Source of the DNA: a virus
Lineage: Duplodnaviria > Caudoviricetes
DNA length: 64,000 bases
Virus record (IMG/VR): IMGVR_UViG_3300028374_000002
Location: 64,001 to 128,000 of that record
Direction: 5' to 3' (one strand)
Position numbers and translations under genes: made by a program. Under the pieces are notes generated by a model that was not told the DNA's origin, made no database searches, and was given only the letters and a program-made list of their open reading frames with translations. This document shows, one piece after another, positions 60,229-64,000 of this stretch. How positions within the stretch are numbered: the stretch's first letter is position 1; each line of letters opens with the position of its first letter.

Positions 60229-62067
60229 ATGTCGACACCATTAATAGATAATTTTGAATTAAAAGTAAATAAACCAATAGACAATAGATTTGTTGTTGGA
60301 CCTGATAGTTTTTACACCACAAGAGACTCAATAACTAATAAATATGAGGGATTAAGAGTCTGGGATAGTAACGTTAGTTCTTCATTTTTCTGGAATGGTT
60401 CAGAATGGGTAGAAGAAAATCAATCAACAGGTGTTGTTAATGGAACAGTTGGGAGGATTGGACTTTTCACATCAACCAATACAATTGGTGATTCGATTAT
60501 AACACAAGATGTGAATAGAATTGGTATAGGTAGACCACCACTAGCGGGATTTGGATTAGCAGTGAATGGTGGTGTAACTATAAGTGGTGATGATTTGTAT
60601 ATAGCAAGGAATTTGAGACATGTTGGGGATCCTCAATCATATCTTGCTTTCTCAGCTAATAACACAATAGATCTTATCACATCTAATATTAATAGGATGA
60701 GAGTAACACCAAGTGGTAATATAGGTTTTGGTATAACTAATCCTAGTGCAAAAGTACATGTTGCTGGTAATGTTAAAATTAGTAATAGCAATAGTGGAAG
60801 CCCAATAAGTAATATAATAGATTTGACATATCCTTATAATCCTACTGCAACAAAAAGAGAAAGTTATGTTATACTAGGTAGAGATTCTGATGTTGAATAT
60901 AAATACAGAGTAGGATCAGTTTCAGAAAATTCAAATGGGAATTTTGGTAGATTTGTGATAGATGAATTAATCAATGGGAATTGGGAAAGGTCTTTGACCA
61001 AAACATCACTTAGTGAGGGTGATCGTTACGGTATAGGAACAGTTAGTCCCGAAGAAAAAGTACACGTTGTTGGAACAACTAAATCCACTAATTTTAAAGC
61101 TGATAAAGGATATTACTCTTTTCAAGCACCTTCTACAAGCAATACAGATAATGAAAAATGGTTAAAGGTTTTTAGTATTAGCTACTCATCTTTTAGCAGT
61201 TTTAATTTTACACTGAAAATAAATGGTGGTGGTAATAGTAATAATACTAGTATAAATACAGATGTTTATATAAGTTTCAAGCGACAAAACTCCGAATCAA
61301 GAGTATATGCTAATATATCCAACTATGGAGAGACACAAATAAAACCAACAGAAGATTTTAGAATAATTAAGGAAGTAACAGGTACTAACCAAGGAAGGAT
61401 ATACATATACCACAAAGTCGTCCCAACATTTACCGCTTGTATTTATACAATATTGGGTAAAATAGATGCAACGGTTGAAGAATACCTAACATTCGAAGGC
61501 ACATCACCTAATATTCCAGATACAGCATGGACAGAAAGAATAATATCATCACCAATTAACCACAAACCTTCAGATGCAAAGATGTCATTAGTGCCATTAA
61601 GAACTATTGTAATGTTTTCTGGTAGTGATGCACAAGTTCCAATTGGGTGGGAACTATGTGATCTTAGCAGAACAGTTAATGGGATATCAATACCAGATCT
61701 TAGGGGTAGGTTTATTGTTGGTAAAGATACTAGAACAGGCTCTGGTTATACATTTACTGGAGCAGTAGGTGGTGATAAGGAAGTGACTTTGAATAAAGAT
61801 CAGATGCCAATACACAAACACAGTGGAACTGCTCAAAATGCGGGGGGGCACCTTCATACTGTAACGGTGCTAGATCCAATCACAGGTTCGCCTGTCGCTG
61901 GTTATGCGGGTAGTAATGATTATCAATTGAGGAACAAGACTGTTAACACCAGCCCAATTGGATCTCACTCTCATGATCTTAACGTTCAAAACGAAGGTGG
62001 TGGGCAAGCACACGAAAACAGACCACCTTATTATACACTTGCTTATATAATATATGTAGGTGAATAG
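60229..62067 (+). CDS. Tail fibre protein with tail-collar domain
   Basis: GIGT..P..KVHV.G repeats; PLRTIVMFSG..VPIGWELCD..PDLRGRFIVG; HENRPPYYTLAYII. Confidence 0.85.
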   Translation: MSTPLIDNFELKVNKPIDNRFVVGPDSFYTTRDSITNKYEGLRVWDSNVSSSFFWNGSEWVEENQSTGVVNGTVGRIGLFTSTNTIGDSIITQDVNRIGIGRPPLAGFGLAVNGGVTISGDDLYIARNLRHVGDPQSYLAFSANNTIDLITSNINRMRVTPSGNIGFGITNPSAKVHVAGNVKISNSNSGSPISNIIDLTYPYNPTATKRESYVILGRDSDVEYKYRVGSVSENSNGNFGRFVIDELINGNWERSLTKTSLSEGDRYGIGTVSPEEKVHVVGTTKSTNFKADKGYYSFQAPSTSNTDNEKWLKVFSISYSSFSSFNFTLKINGGGNSNNTSINTDVYISFKRQNSESRVYANISNYGETQIKPTEDFRIIKEVTGTNQGRIYIYHKVVPTFTACIYTILGKIDATVEEYLTFEGTSPNIPDTAWTERIISSPINHKPSDAKMSLVPLRTIVMFSGSDAQVPIGWELCDLSRTVNGISIPDLRGRFIVGKDTRTGSGYTFTGAVGGDKEVTLNKDQMPIHKHSGTAQNAGGHLHTVTVLDPITGSPVAGYAGSNDYQLRNKTVNTSPIGSHSHDLNVQNEGGGQAHENRPPYYTLAYIIYVGE

Positions 62068-62077
62068 TTAACTTAAA

Positions 62078-62758
62078 TTAGTCTATTTTTTCAAACCACC
62101 AATTAAAGTAAATATAGTTATCATCGACTAGGTTATAGTAATTATTATCGTGCTTTATAATTATCTTATCATCGTGTGAACGTATTAGTTCTATTTCTAT
62201 CCCTTCTGACATTATTAATTGCTTACCTGTTTCTACCGAGTAGCAAGTAACCTCATCATTAATTAGTTTATAAATACCTGGTTCTGGTTTTAACCATTTT
62301 TTAACTGTTTTTATTATTATCCCAGTTATTTTAATAACCCACTCTTTTGGTTGATAAAGGTCAAGGTCATTAAAAACTTCTGACTTGAAATTAGGTTCTG
62401 CACCTAAAACATTAGATATTTTCCCCCAATACTCATCTTCGTCTATTATAAAAGAAACATAAGCATCATAGTGTACGCTATTAGCCCTTAATATTCTAAG
62501 AATTTTCATACTAACTATATCTTGGTCTTCTAATGCTAACTTACTTCTTAAACTAGAGTATGCAGTAGTTCCTTTTAGAGTGAATAGAATATCATCAATT
62601 CTAGACATCGCTTGTCTTAATCCGTCTTGATGCTTATCAAAAGCGTTTGTAGATAATTGTGGATTATCCACATGTGCTGCTGGTCTAACAGAATCAGAAT
62701 TGAACCTTTGCATATTAAATTCTGTAAATTCTAGTATTAGCCTATTTCGTCTTTCCAT
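62078..62758 (-). CDS. Hypothetical protein
   Basis: 226-aa ORF; palindromic TAATATATATTA between it and the divergent gene. Confidence 0.7.
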   Translation of the reverse strand: MERRNRLILEFTEFNMQRFNSDSVRPAAHVDNPQLSTNAFDKHQDGLRQAMSRIDDILFTLKGTTAYSSLRSKLALEDQDIVSMKILRILRANSVHYDAYVSFIIDEDEYWGKISNVLGAEPNFKSEVFNDLDLYQPKEWVIKITGIIIKTVKKWLKPEPGIYKLINDEVTCYSVETGKQLIMSEGIEIELIRSHDDKIIIKHDNNYYNLVDDNYIYFNWWFEKID

Positions 62759-62761
62759 ATT

Positions 62762-62773
62762 TAATATATATTA
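62762..62773. promoter_or_regulatory. Bidirectional instance of the recurring TAATATATA phage promoter motif
   Basis: Palindrome TAATATATATTA between divergent genes; the same 9-mer precedes at least 15 other starts. Confidence 0.55.
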
Positions 62774-62791
62774 AAAATCAAACCTTTAATT

Positions 62792-63109
62792 ATGAAAATA
62801 AAGAGATTTAATGAATCACAAGAAGATATAAACATATCAACACAAAGAGTTGGTGAGATAATAGAAGATATGAACAATATGTTATCAAATCTAGATGATA
62901 AAAATAAAACATTACAGTCATATACTAATGAGTTGTCCAACTATAAGAGTTCTTCTAAAACAAGTAATGACCAAATAGATGATTCTATAGTAGCTTTAGA
63001 AATTTCAATAAAGAATAACGAGGACACAATTGATAAGATTGATACAATTATATCTAACCTATTAAATTATAATGATAATGGTAGGGATTTCTTATATTCA
63101 GAAAACTAA
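62792..63109 (+). CDS. Coiled-coil hypothetical protein (MKIKRFNES N-terminus)
   Basis: Heptad pattern. Confidence 0.65.
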   Translation: MKIKRFNESQEDINISTQRVGEIIEDMNNMLSNLDDKNKTLQSYTNELSNYKSSSKTSNDQIDDSIVALEISIKNNEDTIDKIDTIISNLLNYNDNGRDFLYSEN

Positions 63110-63111
63110 TA

Positions 63112-63606
63112 CTATTTAGTGAATTTAAGTTTATAAAGTGTTCTGTATACTAAGCATACAATATCATCAACTAAACTATGTATGTGTGTATCTTCTTCTG
63201 AAAAACATTGTTTAGCATGTTTTATATAGTCTGCCACTTCCTCAAAATAAACTACAAAATCCTTAGTTCTTGTTTCATCAGTATCTATTGACTCATATGA
63301 ACCAATAACACCGTACTGTCCTTGATATACTTCAATTGTATCATCTAATAAGTCTAATATATCTTCGTAATAATCCCCAAGTGCTTTATGTGCAGCATTT
63401 GAACCTTCCTCACCCCTTACTTGTAAGTGATAAACATGTGCCATCTCTCTAGATTCGAATATTTTTGAGAAAAACTTTATGACATCACTATCACCATCTT
63501 GAATTTCTTCTTGTTCTACTTGTGTAGCTTCATCAGTCTCATTATTTTCTAAATCCTCAACTATTTTAGTTATCCTAGATTTTTTTATTTGTGAAAATTT
63601 TTTCAT
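63112..63606 (-). CDS. Ferritin/Dps-like four-helix protein
   Basis: MAHVYHLQ...AAHKALGDYYE...DDTIEVYQGQYG, ferroxidase-like His/Glu spacing. Confidence 0.65.
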   Translation of the reverse strand: MKKFSQIKKSRITKIVEDLENNETDEATQVEQEEIQDGDSDVIKFFSKIFESREMAHVYHLQVRGEEGSNAAHKALGDYYEDILDLLDDTIEVYQGQYGVIGSYESIDTDETRTKDFVVYFEEVADYIKHAKQCFSEEDTHIHSLVDDIVCLVYRTLYKLKFTK

Positions 63607-63612
63607 AATTTA

Positions 63613-63966
63613 TTATTTTTTTCTTATTAGTTCATATATATCGCTTAACTTAAAACCTTCTTCTTTCATATCACTAAACCATTTGTATTTATCAAACTCA
63701 TTAGCTTCTTTTTCTGAAAATTTACTATTCCATTTTTCAATTAAATCATTTGGGTCTTTTTCTACCTCTTTCTTATCCACCTTCTTAACATCACTATCTA
63801 TTAACAATATTTCATAGGTTTCTACATTATCAACTGCTGCTAATATATAATCTGCTTGATAACCAGCTTCTCCTTCATTTTCTGCACTTAGCATTAATTC
63901 TATAGTTGCATCTATTCTATAAGATTTATCAATTTTACTTTCTAGTACTTTTGTAAATTTCTTCAT
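63613..63966 (-). CDS. Hypothetical protein (MKKFTKVLES N-terminus)
   Basis: Reverse TAATATATA at 63971-63979. Confidence 0.65.
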   Translation of the reverse strand: MKKFTKVLESKIDKSYRIDATIELMLSAENEGEAGYQADYILAAVDNVETYEILLIDSDVKKVDKKEVEKDPNDLIEKWNSKFSEKEANEFDKYKWFSDMKEEGFKLSDIYELIRKK

Positions 63967-64000
63967 ATCATATATATTAAAAAAATAGTTCCTTTTTCTG

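Noticed and set aside
1-64000. Stop-codon reassignment as in some large phages
   Set aside because: TAA, TAG and TGA all end genes at natural boundaries (for example 4098 TAG, 4832 TGA), and coding density is already very high in the standard code.
1-64000. tRNA or rRNA genes, integrase, attachment sites
   Set aside because: No cloverleaf or T-loop GTTCGA context was seen in the intergenic DNA, and no recombinase motifs were found.

Overview
Very AT-rich, gene-dense 64-kb segment of a T4-like jumbo (huge) myophage genome read in the standard genetic code. The host is probably Bacteroidota, judged from TAnnTTTG promoters, no obvious Shine-Dalgarno sites, and a Bacteroidota-type NrdA loop VDQGGGKRKGS. 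Contents from left to right: (1) a tandem array of at least 7 mosaic leucine-rich-repeat genes (21-aa repeats, 3-10 per gene) with capsid-targeting-like N-termini; (2) accessory genes (NUDIX, nucleotidyltransferase, macro-like, metallophosphoesterase); (3) virion genes (1932-aa baseplate/tail protein, tape-measure-like protein, tail fibre); (4) a degenerate ligase, a small family-A-like polymerase, a frameshifted glycosyltransferase beside a pyruvyltransferase, a 2H phosphoesterase and thyA; (5) the N-terminal half of a split family-B DNA polymerase, then a GIY-YIG fusion, a Mrr nuclease + SF2 helicase + N6-adenine methyltransferase trio and a DinG helicase; (6) a gp41/DnaB helicase split by an atypical split intein; (7) the highlight, nrdA fractured into four polypeptides joined by three split inteins. 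Each intein pair is separated by a free-standing endonuclease gene, a group I intron lies 9 nt downstream of the first IntC, and that intein has a non-nucleophilic Gly at +1. No tRNA, rRNA, CRISPR array, integrase or reverse transcriptase was seen. All calls come from motif recognition by eye; no database search was run.
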